A stretch of DNA of 57,458 nucleotides, from contig CBFHUI010000006.1 of assembly GCA_965658725.1 (NCBI GenBank), positions 1 to 57,458 of the forward strand. Reading direction: 5' to 3'. A program made the position numbers and the translations under genes. The notes below the pieces were generated by a model, which saw nothing but the letters and a program-made list of their open reading frames with translations, was not told the origin of the DNA and made no database searches. Positions 17,626-26,793 of this stretch are shown here, piece by piece. The first letter of the stretch is position 1; every line of letters starts with the position of its first letter. Source of the DNA: Alphaproteobacteria bacterium (lineage in GTDB: Bacteria; Pseudomonadota; Alphaproteobacteria; UBA7985).

Positions 17626-18347
17626 GCAGGAACCTCCGCACCTTGCCAGTCATAGACCCCGCCACTGTGCGCAGGGGTCAGCCCGTCTAGCACCGCCAAC
17701 AACTGCCCGGCAGCCCGTGCCGTGGTGAACAGTTTGCCTTCTGGCACGTTCCGTTGAAATGGCTCTGACAGGCGGGTGTCAACCGTACCGGGGTGGAGCC
17801 CGACGGCGATGAACTCAGGGGCGCGGCGGGCTTGTTCGATGGCGAAGTTGCGGATCAGCATATTGAGCGCAGTCTTTGACGCGCGGTAGGCGTGCCAGCC
17901 GCCTAGCCGGTTGTCCGCAATCGACCCAACCCGCGCTGACAGCGCCGCAAACACCGCGCTTTCCTTGCGCGGCATGAGCGGGAAGACGTGCTTGGCGATC
18001 AGGGCTGGGGCGATGGTGTTGGCGGCGAACATGGCCTCGAACGACGCGGCGCTGAGGTCGCGCACGCTGCGTTCGGGCGATAGCCCCCGCGCAGGGTCGG
18101 ACAGCAAGCCCAGGGCGCTGATGCACAAGGTCACCGGGCCGCTTGGTGTGATTTGCTCGGCCAGAGCCGCAAGCGCTTCGTCGGTGTAAGCCGGACACAC
18201 GAGCGGGTGCGCGCCCTGCGGTAGGGCGTCGGCCGGTAGAGGGTGACGGGCGACGGCAAAGACGCGCTCGAACCGTCGCTGATCCATCAACGCGGTGATC
18301 AGCGCTCCGCCGATCCCGCCGTTGGCTCCGAAAACAATGGCATTCAT
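17622..18347 (-). CDS. Short-chain dehydrogenase/reductase, CsgA/C-factor-like
   Basis: GANGGIG, LSARVGSI.DN, YRASK, LHPGTVDT; ATGA-coupled to the photolyase gene. Confidence 0.9.
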   Translation of the reverse strand: MNAIVFGANGGIGGALITALMDQRRFERVFAVARHPLPADALPQGAHPLVCPAYTDEALAALAEQITPSGPVTLCISALGLLSDPARGLSPERSVRDLSAASFEAMFAANTIAPALIAKHVFPLMPRKESAVFAALSARVGSIADNRLGGWHAYRASKTALNMLIRNFAIEQARRAPEFIAVGLHPGTVDTRLSEPFQRNVPEGKLFTTARAAGQLLAVLDGLTPAHSGGVYDWQGAEVPA

Positions 18348-18515
18348 GGGCAGGGATCTAGAGCGCCACGCCGCCGGTCAAACCCGCCAAGCTGTCGCGC
18401 CGGTCGCGGCTTTGCCGTGGGCGAGGCAAAATAATTTACTGAAGGGATATTGCCCGGACTTTCACGCTCGGGCAGGGTGAGGCGATCACACGTTGCAAGT
18501 AAGGTTCCTACCTCT

Positions 18516-19655
18516 ATGTCTTCCAGCATTCTGACCTTCGACGCCGCCGACGCACCCTTTCGCGCCGACCCGGCTCATTCCTTCACCATGCCCGCGCGCT
18601 TCTACACCAGCGCCGAGGTCTATGAGCTGGAAAAGGACGCGATTTTCTACAAGACGTGGCACTACGCCTGTCATGCCTCGCAAGTCAGCCAGCCAGGCGC
18701 TTTTTTCACGACGAAGATCCATGAGCAGAACCTGTTCATCACGCGCGGTCGCGACGACACCTTGCGCGCCTTTTATAACGTCTGCGCACACCGTGGCCAT
18801 GAGCTGGTGCAGGGGGAAGGGCGGAAGAGCCTGATTACCTGCCCCTATCACGCCTGGACGTTCGACCTGCAAGGCAATCTTGTCTCCGCGCGGAACTCCG
18901 AGAACGTTGCCAACTTTGACCGCTGTGAATTCTCGCTCAAGGAAGTGCGGCTGGAAGTGTTTTGCGGCATGGTGATGATCAACCTCGATCCGGACGCGAC
19001 GCCCTTTACCGAGCAGTTCGACGGGCTGGAGGACGAGATCCGCACCTACATGCCGTCGGTGGATACGCTCTCCTTCGCGCAGCGCGACACCTTTGACGTG
19101 GCTTCGAATTGGAAGGTGCTCGTTGATAACTTCCTCGAATGCTACCACTGCGCCCCGGCGCATCAGGATTTCGTCGATCTGGTGGACATGAACTCCTACC
19201 GGACCATCACGCACCGGCGCTATTCTTCGCAGTGCGCGGCGGCACCCCGGACGACGAACTCCAAGGCCTTCAGCTTTGAACCCGGTGACGTCGATTTCGG
19301 TTACGCCGGTTTCTTTGTCTGGCCGAATATGACGATCTGGATCTACCCCGGCGAAGCGAACCTTTCGATCCTGCAAATGAACCCGACTGAACCCGCGCGG
19401 ACGCTGGAGTATCAGGATTGGTTCACCCCCGGCGGCGTCCTGACCCCACAGCTCAAAGAAGCAGCGGACTATCAGAAAGACGTGCTCCAGCCCGAAGACA
19501 TCGGCCTGTGCGAGAGTGTTCAGCGGGGGCTTTACTCCAAGGGCTATAACCAGGGCCGCTTCATCGTGGATGAGGGTAAGACAGAGCTGAGCGAGCATGC
19601 CGTGCATCACTTCCAGACCATGGTCATGGAGGCGCTGGGCTTCGATCTGGACTGA
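18516..19655 (+). CDS. Rieske non-heme iron oxygenase alpha subunit, CntA/YeaW (quaternary amine)-like
   Basis: CAHRG and CPYHAW Rieske ligands; NWK..VDNFLECYHCAPAH with a bridging Glu; PED..ESVQRGL.SKGY.QGR..SEH C-terminus. Confidence 0.88.
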   Translation: MSSSILTFDAADAPFRADPAHSFTMPARFYTSAEVYELEKDAIFYKTWHYACHASQVSQPGAFFTTKIHEQNLFITRGRDDTLRAFYNVCAHRGHELVQGEGRKSLITCPYHAWTFDLQGNLVSARNSENVANFDRCEFSLKEVRLEVFCGMVMINLDPDATPFTEQFDGLEDEIRTYMPSVDTLSFAQRDTFDVASNWKVLVDNFLECYHCAPAHQDFVDLVDMNSYRTITHRRYSSQCAAAPRTTNSKAFSFEPGDVDFGYAGFFVWPNMTIWIYPGEANLSILQMNPTEPARTLEYQDWFTPGGVLTPQLKEAADYQKDVLQPEDIGLCESVQRGLYSKGYNQGRFIVDEGKTELSEHAVHHFQTMVMEALGFDLD

Positions 19656-19674
19656 CGCGGGCGGAGGGCTGGGC

Positions 19675-20952
19675 CTAGAAGCGTGTCACGCGGAAGGGGT
19701 CGAGCGGGATGGCGGGGGTCTCGTCACCGCTGAGAAGATCACCGATCAGCTCGGCTGTACCAGCGGCTTGGGTTAAGCCGCAATGGCCATGGCCGAAGGC
19801 ATAGAGCACGCGCGGCGCGCGACTGGCGCGGTCTATGACCGGCAGACTGTCGGGCAAGGAGGGCCGGAAGCCCATCCATTTGCTGCCGCCCTCGGTTTTG
19901 AGGCCGGGCAGGAAGTCTGCGGCTTTGCTCAGCAGGATGTCTGCACGGCGATAATTCGGCGCGGCCTTCAGCCCGCCCAGTTCCACCGCGCCGCCAACCC
20001 GCACCCCGCCGTTGATCTTGGTCACGACAAAGCCATGACCGCCAAAGGTCAAGTGCAGGCGCAGGTCAAAAGCACCGGCGGGCAGGGTGGTGTTATAGCC
20101 CCGCTCGGTCTCCAGCGGCACCGGCTCCCCCAGTGTGCGGGTCAGGTGGTGGGAATAGGCACCCGCCGCCACCACGGCCCAATCCGCCCGGTCTTCACCG
20201 TCCGCCGTAACGATCCGGCATCCAGCGCCGTCAGCTTCGGGCTGCAAGGCTTGCACAGGCGTCTGAACCCGGCTGCCGCCACGGTCGAGAACGGCTTGGG
20301 CAAGGTGTTCGGTCCAGGCGCGGGGATCGACGACATTGGCCCAGGTTGGGGTCAGGCCAGCGTGGGTGAAACGCGGCGACAGGCCGGGTTGGTGTTCGGC
20401 GATGGCCTCGGTGCTCTCGATCAGGTCAAAGGGGATGCCGTGCACGCGGCGCAAGTCCCACTCCGGCAGGCTTGCCCGGAATTGTGCTTCGCCTTCATAG
20501 AGCTGCAGTTGTCCTTCGCGCTGCATCAGCGCTTCGCCGCCGACGTGGTCCAATTGGCGATCCAGCGCGGCGCGGGAGTGCGCCATGAGCGCGCTTTGCG
20601 CCGCCACGCCAGCCTCGAACCGATCCGGCCAACTGGCTCGCCAGAAGCGCAGCATCCACGGCGCGATTTGCGCGGCATAGCGGGGCGGGATCGACAGCGG
20701 CCCAAGCGGGTCGATGAGCCAGCGCGGTGCCTTGCGCATGATCCCCGGCGTCGCCAGCGGCAGCACGTCGGTAAAGGCAAATGCGCCCGCGTTCCCGGCA
20801 CTGGCGCGATTACCGGAGTCCGGCGCTTCGCGGTCATAGAGGCGCACGCGAAACCCCCGCCGCTGGGCTTCGAGCGCCACGCTCAGCCCAATCACGCCCG
20901 CACCGATGACGGCAACGGTCGGCGCGGTGTGTTCCTGCGCGCGAGCGCTCAA
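19675..20952 (-). CDS. lhpB: FAD-dependent D-amino acid dehydrogenase, probable D-hydroxyproline dehydrogenase
   Basis: GAGVIG, ASAGNAG, ERGYN, WMGFRPSLPDSLPVI, FGHGHCGLT; TTGA overlap with the epimerase gene. Confidence 0.8.
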   Translation of the reverse strand: MSARAQEHTAPTVAVIGAGVIGLSVALEAQRRGFRVRLYDREAPDSGNRASAGNAGAFAFTDVLPLATPGIMRKAPRWLIDPLGPLSIPPRYAAQIAPWMLRFWRASWPDRFEAGVAAQSALMAHSRAALDRQLDHVGGEALMQREGQLQLYEGEAQFRASLPEWDLRRVHGIPFDLIESTEAIAEHQPGLSPRFTHAGLTPTWANVVDPRAWTEHLAQAVLDRGGSRVQTPVQALQPEADGAGCRIVTADGEDRADWAVVAAGAYSHHLTRTLGEPVPLETERGYNTTLPAGAFDLRLHLTFGGHGFVVTKINGGVRVGGAVELGGLKAAPNYRRADILLSKAADFLPGLKTEGGSKWMGFRPSLPDSLPVIDRASRAPRVLYAFGHGHCGLTQAAGTAELIGDLLSGDETPAIPLDPFRVTRF

Positions 20953-21881
20953 AACGCAACGCCGTCGCGGAAGGGGTCGGTAGGCTCAAACACCAGCGTG
21001 CTTGTCCCCATGATGTGTGCCTGTCCCACAAGCGTCGGCAGAACTCCGCCCTTGAGGCCGGGTTGATAGGAAACGGTGAAGCGGCTGCCGATGACGCTTT
21101 CGTGGACGATTTCTGCCCCCGGCTCCAGCAGCCCCCGCGCCGCCAGACAAGCCAGCCGCGCTGACGAACCCGTCCCGCAAGGAGAGCGGTCGTAGGTGTC
21201 ATCCGGGCACAGCACGAAGGAGCGGCTGTGCACCGCCGGATCCGGGACGCTGTGCTGGAAAATCACGTGGTCGATGGGCTCCCCCTGTTCGCCCCGTGCA
21301 CCCTGCGCGTTTGCTGCGTCGCGGATGGTAATGGCCAGATCGGTCATGGCGCGGATGTTGCCGGTCTCCACGGCAATCGGGCTGGGGTCGATGATGAAGA
21401 ACCAGTTTCCGCCGTAGGCCACATCGCCCGTCACCCGGCCCAGACCGGGAACGTCGATGCTCAAATCCTGCTGCACCAAGCGGCTTTCGATGTTGCGAAC
21501 GCGCACGGTGTTGGGGTCGAGGAGCTCGACGCCGACCGCTCCGGCGCGGGTGTCGATCTGGTGCTGTCCGGGCTTGATCCGGCCCAGATGCGCCAGCGTT
21601 ACAGCCAGTCCAATGGTGCCATGACCGCACATGCCGATCACAGCGGCCACGTCAAAGTAAATCACCCCCGTCGCGCTATCCGGGGAAGTCGGTGGGACCA
21701 GCAGAGCCGCGACCATGGCGGGTTGACCGCGCGGCTCGGCGAGCACGGTTGAAAGGAAATCCCGGTGCTCGGTTGCCAGCCGCTGGGCCTGCTCCTCAAG
21801 ACTGCCGCCGCCCAGATCCGGCCCGCCGCTGAGGATCACCCGTGTCGGCTCACCGCCGGTGTGACTGTCGATTACATGCAT
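20949..21881 (-). CDS. lhpA: 4-hydroxyproline epimerase / proline racemase family
   Basis: IDSHTGGEPTR, EPRG, GMCGH and DRSPCGTG (both catalytic Cys present). Confidence 0.88.
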   Translation of the reverse strand: MHVIDSHTGGEPTRVILSGGPDLGGGSLEEQAQRLATEHRDFLSTVLAEPRGQPAMVAALLVPPTSPDSATGVIYFDVAAVIGMCGHGTIGLAVTLAHLGRIKPGQHQIDTRAGAVGVELLDPNTVRVRNIESRLVQQDLSIDVPGLGRVTGDVAYGGNWFFIIDPSPIAVETGNIRAMTDLAITIRDAANAQGARGEQGEPIDHVIFQHSVPDPAVHSRSFVLCPDDTYDRSPCGTGSSARLACLAARGLLEPGAEIVHESVIGSRFTVSYQPGLKGGVLPTLVGQAHIMGTSTLVFEPTDPFRDGVAF

Positions 21882-22831
21882 TCAGCGATGACCCCGCCTT
21901 GGGCGCTCCAGTCAGCGAACCAGGCGCGGAAGAGGTGGTATTGGGTCTCGCAAAAGGTCTGCTGCGCGGGTGAAAGCGCGTCAGTCTCGTTGAACTGCAA
22001 GCGATAGGCGTCGTCGCCTGCAACAACGGCCAGATGCTTGTAGTAGAGCACCAGATCCGGGCCTTCGTCGTAGCTGGAGAGCACGTGGATCGCTTCGGTC
22101 AGTTCCTGCGCTCGGACCCGAGCTTCGGCGTTCCCGGCCGCGGCCTTCTTGCTCAGCGCTTCGAGCAAAAGCACCTCACGCGGCAGTACGTTGCCGATCC
22201 CGGTGATCGCACCGGTCGCGCCGCAATTGACGATGCCGTGATAAACCTGAGTGTCCACGCCGATCATCAGCGCAACCTCGTCGCTCTGCGAGGTGATATG
22301 CTCGGCGGCGTAAGTCAGATCGTCGGCCCCGCCGAACTCCTTGAAGCCCACCAGATTGGGGTGTTCGGCGCGCAGGGCGAAGAACAGCTCGGCGCGCACG
22401 CTGAAGCCGTAATACGGGCTGTTATAGATCACCGCAGGGACGTCTGGCGCTGCGCTTAAGATAGACTTGAAGTGGTGCCACTGGGCGCTGTTCGACGGCC
22501 CGCGGGAGAGCACGCGCGGGATGACCATCAGGCCCTTGGCCCCGACTTCCTGCGCGTGGGCGGAGAGATTGGTTGCTGAGCGCGAGTTGATCGCGCCCGT
22601 GCCGACCACGACCGGCACCCCGGCTTCCACCAGTCGCTCAACCCCCTGCATGCGCTGGGCATCGGTGAGCAGGGGCCAATCGCCCATGGATCCCGCATAG
22701 ATCACCGCGCTCATCCCGGCGCTCATCATCTCCTGACCTTTGCGGACCAAAGTATCAAAGTCTGGTGTGCGGTCGGGCAGACAAGGGGTCATGAGTGCGG
22801 GCATCATGCCCTGAAAGGCTTTGGCTGACAT
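21872..22831 (-). CDS. lhpC: DapA-family protein, probable delta1-pyrroline-4-hydroxy-2-carboxylate deaminase
   Basis: GSMGDWP, IYNSPYYG, VGFKEF Schiff-base Lys; context with the epimerase and dehydrogenase; start at MSAKAFQG. Confidence 0.8.
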   Translation of the reverse strand: MSAKAFQGMMPALMTPCLPDRTPDFDTLVRKGQEMMSAGMSAVIYAGSMGDWPLLTDAQRMQGVERLVEAGVPVVVGTGAINSRSATNLSAHAQEVGAKGLMVIPRVLSRGPSNSAQWHHFKSILSAAPDVPAVIYNSPYYGFSVRAELFFALRAEHPNLVGFKEFGGADDLTYAAEHITSQSDEVALMIGVDTQVYHGIVNCGATGAITGIGNVLPREVLLLEALSKKAAAGNAEARVRAQELTEAIHVLSSYDEGPDLVLYYKHLAVVAGDDAYRLQFNETDALSPAQQTFCETQYHLFRAWFADWSAQGGVIAECM

Positions 22832-22928
22832 GGCGAAGGGCTCCGGCAAAACAACTGTGATGCCGGAGCCTATCAAGGCTGGTGCGACTTGCAAACGCTC
22901 GTGCGACGCTGCAGGGCGGGTTTAGGCG

Positions 22929-24002
22929 CTAGCGGTCCTCGCACAGCATAGCGACCGCGCGCCGATCCAGACCGCGCAACTCCCCGTGTCCGCCGAAGCG
23001 GTATTCGAAATATTGGTTGATGCTCATGTCGCGGCGCTGGTCCAACGCATCTTTCAGCGCGCGGGCGTTATCCACGGGGACGATGGTATCGCGTGCGCCG
23101 TGGTGGGTCTGGACGCGAGCAGGCAGGCGATCCGCGAAGTGCAGTGCGGAGCCAGACAGGAGCTTGTGACGCACCGCGGCCAGACTCATCCGTCCTTCCT
23201 GGTGAGCACGAACCCAACCTGCCGGAAACCCGTAGAACGGCCCCCAATCCTCGCCGCTGAGCGTCTCGCGCACGCCCTCGGCCATATCCGGGTGGGTCAG
23301 CACGTCGGTCGGACCAAAGACGTTAACAATCCGGTCAACGCGCGGATCGCGGATCCCGAGCATGAGGGATGTGCCGCCCCCGCGCGAATAGCCCCAGGCG
23401 CTGACGTCGTGGTCCTGCGCGCCGGGGTAATTGGCAATCACGCCGCTGATCAGCGCCATGGTGTCATCGACATCGCGGTCAATCAGCGATTGTTGTCCCG
23501 TGCTCTGGTAGCGCCGACCTCCCACTCGTAGCTCTTCACCGCGAAAGCTTGGAACCACGACAAAGAAGTCCGCCAGACAGTCATCCGCGACGTGCAGCGC
23601 CCAGTCTGCATCCGCGCCTTCCCAGCCGCCGTGATTGAGGATGAGGATAGGGTGCTCCGCGCGGCCCGGCCGATAGTTCTCCGGCGTGCGCACGGCGGCA
23701 AAGTGGCGGTTTCCGTCGAGTTGGTGGCTGACAATGTCGAGCCGAAAACCATCGTCGTTCAGCCGATCTTCCACGCGCCATCCAATCAAGGGCTGACGCC
23801 GACTTTCCCAGTCTTGCAGCACCGCCCGGCGCTCTGCCGCTGTCGGCGGAGCGAAGACGCTGTCGATGGCATCGGCTTGTGCCCGTGCAGCAGCAGTCAG
23901 CACCCCGAGAGCGGCCCCTGCGATCAGACCCAAGAAGCCAGCGCGCACGGGGGGATTGGCAGGAAATACAGACGAAGTTGTGGGGAAAAGGCGAGAGATC
24001 AT
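22929..24002 (-). CDS. Secreted alpha/beta hydrolase (S9 peptidase-like)
   Basis: Signal-like segment ending ARAQA; NHGG, GYSRGG nucleophile, HGARDTIVP Asp and GGH His; start uncertain. Confidence 0.75.
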   Translation of the reverse strand: MISRLFPTTSSVFPANPPVRAGFLGLIAGAALGVLTAAARAQADAIDSVFAPPTAAERRAVLQDWESRRQPLIGWRVEDRLNDDGFRLDIVSHQLDGNRHFAAVRTPENYRPGRAEHPILILNHGGWEGADADWALHVADDCLADFFVVVPSFRGEELRVGGRRYQSTGQQSLIDRDVDDTMALISGVIANYPGAQDHDVSAWGYSRGGGTSLMLGIRDPRVDRIVNVFGPTDVLTHPDMAEGVRETLSGEDWGPFYGFPAGWVRAHQEGRMSLAAVRHKLLSGSALHFADRLPARVQTHHGARDTIVPVDNARALKDALDQRRDMSINQYFEYRFGGHGELRGLDRRAVAMLCEDR

Positions 24003-24113
24003 GGGTCCAAAAGCTCCTGACTGAACGGATGGAGAGAAGGGTCTCACCTCCTCTACACCGTGCAGACCGAGTAGCGTTTACTCGCCGTCGTAATTTTTAT
24101 TTCTGAGGAAGGT

Positions 24114-24356
24114 TTAAGCCTGCCGCAGCGGTCCTGCGCCGCGACCGATCAGCAGCCACGCGGGCGATACGCCCAGTACGCCCGCCAGCATGGCCAAGCG
24201 GTTGGCGCGCGGCTGTGAAGCGTCGCGCTGCCAGTCCCGCAGCGTGCTTGGCAGCACGCCCAGGCGGCGGGAAAGTTGTGCAGTGGTGAGATTGCTACAG
24301 GTACGGGCGTCGGCAATGCGTTCGCCCATGGAGGTCTTCGATGTATGATGTTTCAT
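24114..24356 (-). CDS. XRE-family helix-turn-helix protein
   Basis: [49 protein letters not shown]. Confidence 0.85.
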   Translation of the reverse strand: MKHHTSKTSMGERIADARTCSNLTTAQLSRRLGVLPSTLRDWQRDASQPRANRLAMLAGVLGVSPAWLLIGRGAGPLRQA

Positions 24357-24471
24357 AAGCGACACTATACCCAAATGTCGCAAAAAGGCAACGATGTCGC
24401 TTTTTGCGCAAATTAGCAGCCCGAACGGCCCACAACTGGACGCGCCGCAGGATCGCGCCATTTTTGGGGGC

Positions 24472-24636
24472 ATGCGCAAGAAATCCGACCGACCGACCAA
24501 GACCTGTCCCGTTTGCGACCGTCCTTTCACGTGGCGCAAGAAATGGGCGAAGCATTGGGATGAGGTTGTCTACTGTTCCGAGCGCTGCCGCCGCAGCCGG
24601 GGGCGGGCAAAGCAGACAGGGCAGGGCGCTTCCTGA
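24472..24636 (+). CDS. DUF2256 domain-containing small Cys protein
   Basis: [34 protein letters not shown]. Confidence 0.9.
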   Translation: MRKKSDRPTKTCPVCDRPFTWRKKWAKHWDEVVYCSERCRRSRGRAKQTGQGAS

Positions 24637-24780
24637 CCATTGTTTGCGTCCGAGGCCGTCTAGGGAAAGGTGCTTCCCGGGCCTCGACTTGCGCCGCATT
24701 CAAACGATGTTGTGCACAGGTTGCCGCTCAGCGGCGGCTCTATCCCTTTTCTCGCGTGCTGTCTGAAGAAAGCGACGACC

Positions 24781-25926
24781 ATGACCCAAGCAGACGACTT
24801 CGGCTTCGGAACCCAAATCCGCAAATCCCCTTACTTTGATGCCACCGTGCGCTGGGGGGCCAAGGCGTTTTCGGTCTATAATCACATGTACATCCCGCGC
24901 GACTTCGGCGACCCGGAGCAGAACTTCTGGAACCTGGTTAACGACGCCATCCTCTGTGACGTTGCTGTTGAACGGCAGGTGGAGATTTCCGGACCGGATG
25001 CGGCGCGCTTTACCCAGATGCTGACCCCGCGGGATCTTTCAAAGCTCGCCGTGGGTCAGTGCAAGTACATCCTGATCACCAATGCCGAAGGTGGCATTCT
25101 CAACGATCCGGTCCTGCTGCGACTGGCCGAAGACCGCTTTTGGATCTCGCTGGCCGACAGCGATATTCTGCTCTGGGCGCAGGGTGTCGCGGTTCATGCG
25201 GGCATGGATGTCACGATCCACGAACCCGATGTCTCTCCCTTGCAACTCCAAGGGCCGAAGTCGGGGGAGATCATGCAGGCGCTGTTCGGACCGGAGATTG
25301 TAGACCTCAAGTATTACTGGCTGCGCCATGTCGAGTTGAACGGGATCCCGCTGGTGGTCTCGCGCACGGGTTGGTCGAGCGAACTGGGCTACGAGATTTA
25401 TCTGCAGGATGGCAGCCGGGGCGGTGAGCTTTGGGATGCCATCATGGCGGCGGGGGAGCCCTTTGGCCTCAAGCCCGGTCATACTTCGTCGATCCGCCGG
25501 ATCGAGGGGGGCATGCTGTCTTATCACGCTGACGCAGACATCAGCACCAACCCCTTTGAACTGGGTCTGGACCGGTTGCTGAACCTCGACATGGAGGCGC
25601 CCTTCATCGGCAAGGCTGCGCTGCAGAAAATCCGGGAGGAGGGCGTGAGCCGGCGGCAGGTCGGTTTGATCATCGACGCGGACCCGCTCAAAGGACCGAA
25701 CACGACCTTTTGGCCAATCATCTCGGCGCAGGGTGAGACCGTGGGCAGGGTTACGTCCGCCGTTTACTCCCCCCGGCTCAAGCAGAACATCGCGCTGGCC
25801 ATGGTCGCGGTCGAGCATGACGCGATTGGTACAGCCCTTGAGGTCGGCATGCCCCATGGTAGGGTGCAGGCACAGGTGGTTGAGCGGCCCTTCTTTGACC
25901 CCAAGAAGGCCATCGCCAGCCAGTAA
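24781..25926 (+). CDS. GcvT-family aminomethyltransferase/demethylase, DmdA-related
   Basis: YNHM, DVAVERQVEISGPDA, GGILNDPV, EPDVSPLQLQGP, SRTGWSSELGYEIY, RIEGGMLSY; start at MTQADDF. Confidence 0.85.
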   Translation: MTQADDFGFGTQIRKSPYFDATVRWGAKAFSVYNHMYIPRDFGDPEQNFWNLVNDAILCDVAVERQVEISGPDAARFTQMLTPRDLSKLAVGQCKYILITNAEGGILNDPVLLRLAEDRFWISLADSDILLWAQGVAVHAGMDVTIHEPDVSPLQLQGPKSGEIMQALFGPEIVDLKYYWLRHVELNGIPLVVSRTGWSSELGYEIYLQDGSRGGELWDAIMAAGEPFGLKPGHTSSIRRIEGGMLSYHADADISTNPFELGLDRLLNLDMEAPFIGKAALQKIREEGVSRRQVGLIIDADPLKGPNTTFWPIISAQGETVGRVTSAVYSPRLKQNIALAMVAVEHDAIGTALEVGMPHGRVQAQVVERPFFDPKKAIASQ

Positions 25927-25984
25927 GCGCGGGCCTCAATCGGTCCGACAACTTGAGACGACGGTGAGAGGGAGGGGCTTATCC

Positions 25985-26788
25985 ATGCAAGCCGACGACG
26001 GTCTGCTGCTGCAGGAACTGAACGCCAAGGGCGTGTTGCGCCTGACCATGAACAACGGCCAGAACCGCAACCCGCTTTCTGAGGCCATGCTGAATGCCCT
26101 GCTCGACGCATTCCGCACCGCCGGAGAAGACCGCGCGGTGCGTGTGATCGTGCTCGCCGCGCTCGGCCCGGCTTTTTCCGCTGGGCACGACCTCAAGGAA
26201 ATGACTGCTGGGCGCGACGCCCCGGATCGCGGGCGGGCTTACTTCGCCAAAATCATGGGACTGTGTTCAACGGTCATGCAAGCCGTTGTCACCTGTCCCA
26301 AACCTGTCATCGCGGAGGTTGACGGGGTTGCGGCAGCGGCGGGCTGTCAGTTGGTGGCGAGCTGTGACTTGGCGGTCGCCAGTGACGCTTCCCGCTTCAT
26401 CACGCCGGGGGTGAACATCGGCCTGTTTTGCTCGACACCTATGGTAGCCTTGTCGCGCAATGTTTCGAACAAGCACGCCATGGAAATGCTGCTGACCGGC
26501 GACGTCACAAGCGCCGAGCGCGCCGCTGAAATCGGCCTGATCAACCGCTGCGTTCCGGCTGAGGAGCTGCGCGCAGCGGCGCATGGTCTGGCTGAGCAAA
26601 TCGCGTCCAAATCCGCGCTCACCGTTGCCATTGGCAAGCGCGCGTTCTATGCGCAGCGGGAAATGACCCTCTCGGAAGCCTACGACTACGCTTCTGAAGT
26701 CATGGTGACGAACATGCTGGCCCGCGATGCTGAAGAAGGGATCGGTGCGTTTATCGAGAAGCGAGACCCGAATTGGCAGGATTCCTGA
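25985..26788 (+). CDS. Enoyl-CoA hydratase/crotonase family (ECHDC3-like)
   Basis: FSAGHDLKE, PKPVIA.V.G.AAAAGCQLVASCD, TPGVNIGLFCSTP; RBS GGAGG. Confidence 0.9.
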   Translation: MQADDGLLLQELNAKGVLRLTMNNGQNRNPLSEAMLNALLDAFRTAGEDRAVRVIVLAALGPAFSAGHDLKEMTAGRDAPDRGRAYFAKIMGLCSTVMQAVVTCPKPVIAEVDGVAAAAGCQLVASCDLAVASDASRFITPGVNIGLFCSTPMVALSRNVSNKHAMEMLLTGDVTSAERAAEIGLINRCVPAEELRAAAHGLAEQIASKSALTVAIGKRAFYAQREMTLSEAYDYASEVMVTNMLARDAEEGIGAFIEKRDPNWQDS

Positions 26789-26793
26789 ACCCG

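Noticed and set aside
24781-25926. Calling this gene bona fide dmdA
   Set aside because: It shares DmdA-like motifs but differs from the DmdA sequences I recall (for example GMLSYHAD rather than LLSYGND); a phylogeny is needed.
25733-25984. Long N-terminal extensions in the ORF track (also 11306, 24670, 28091 and 44622)
   Set aside because: They overlap neighbouring genes or promoters; downstream ATGs, several with a clear RBS, fit the family starts better.
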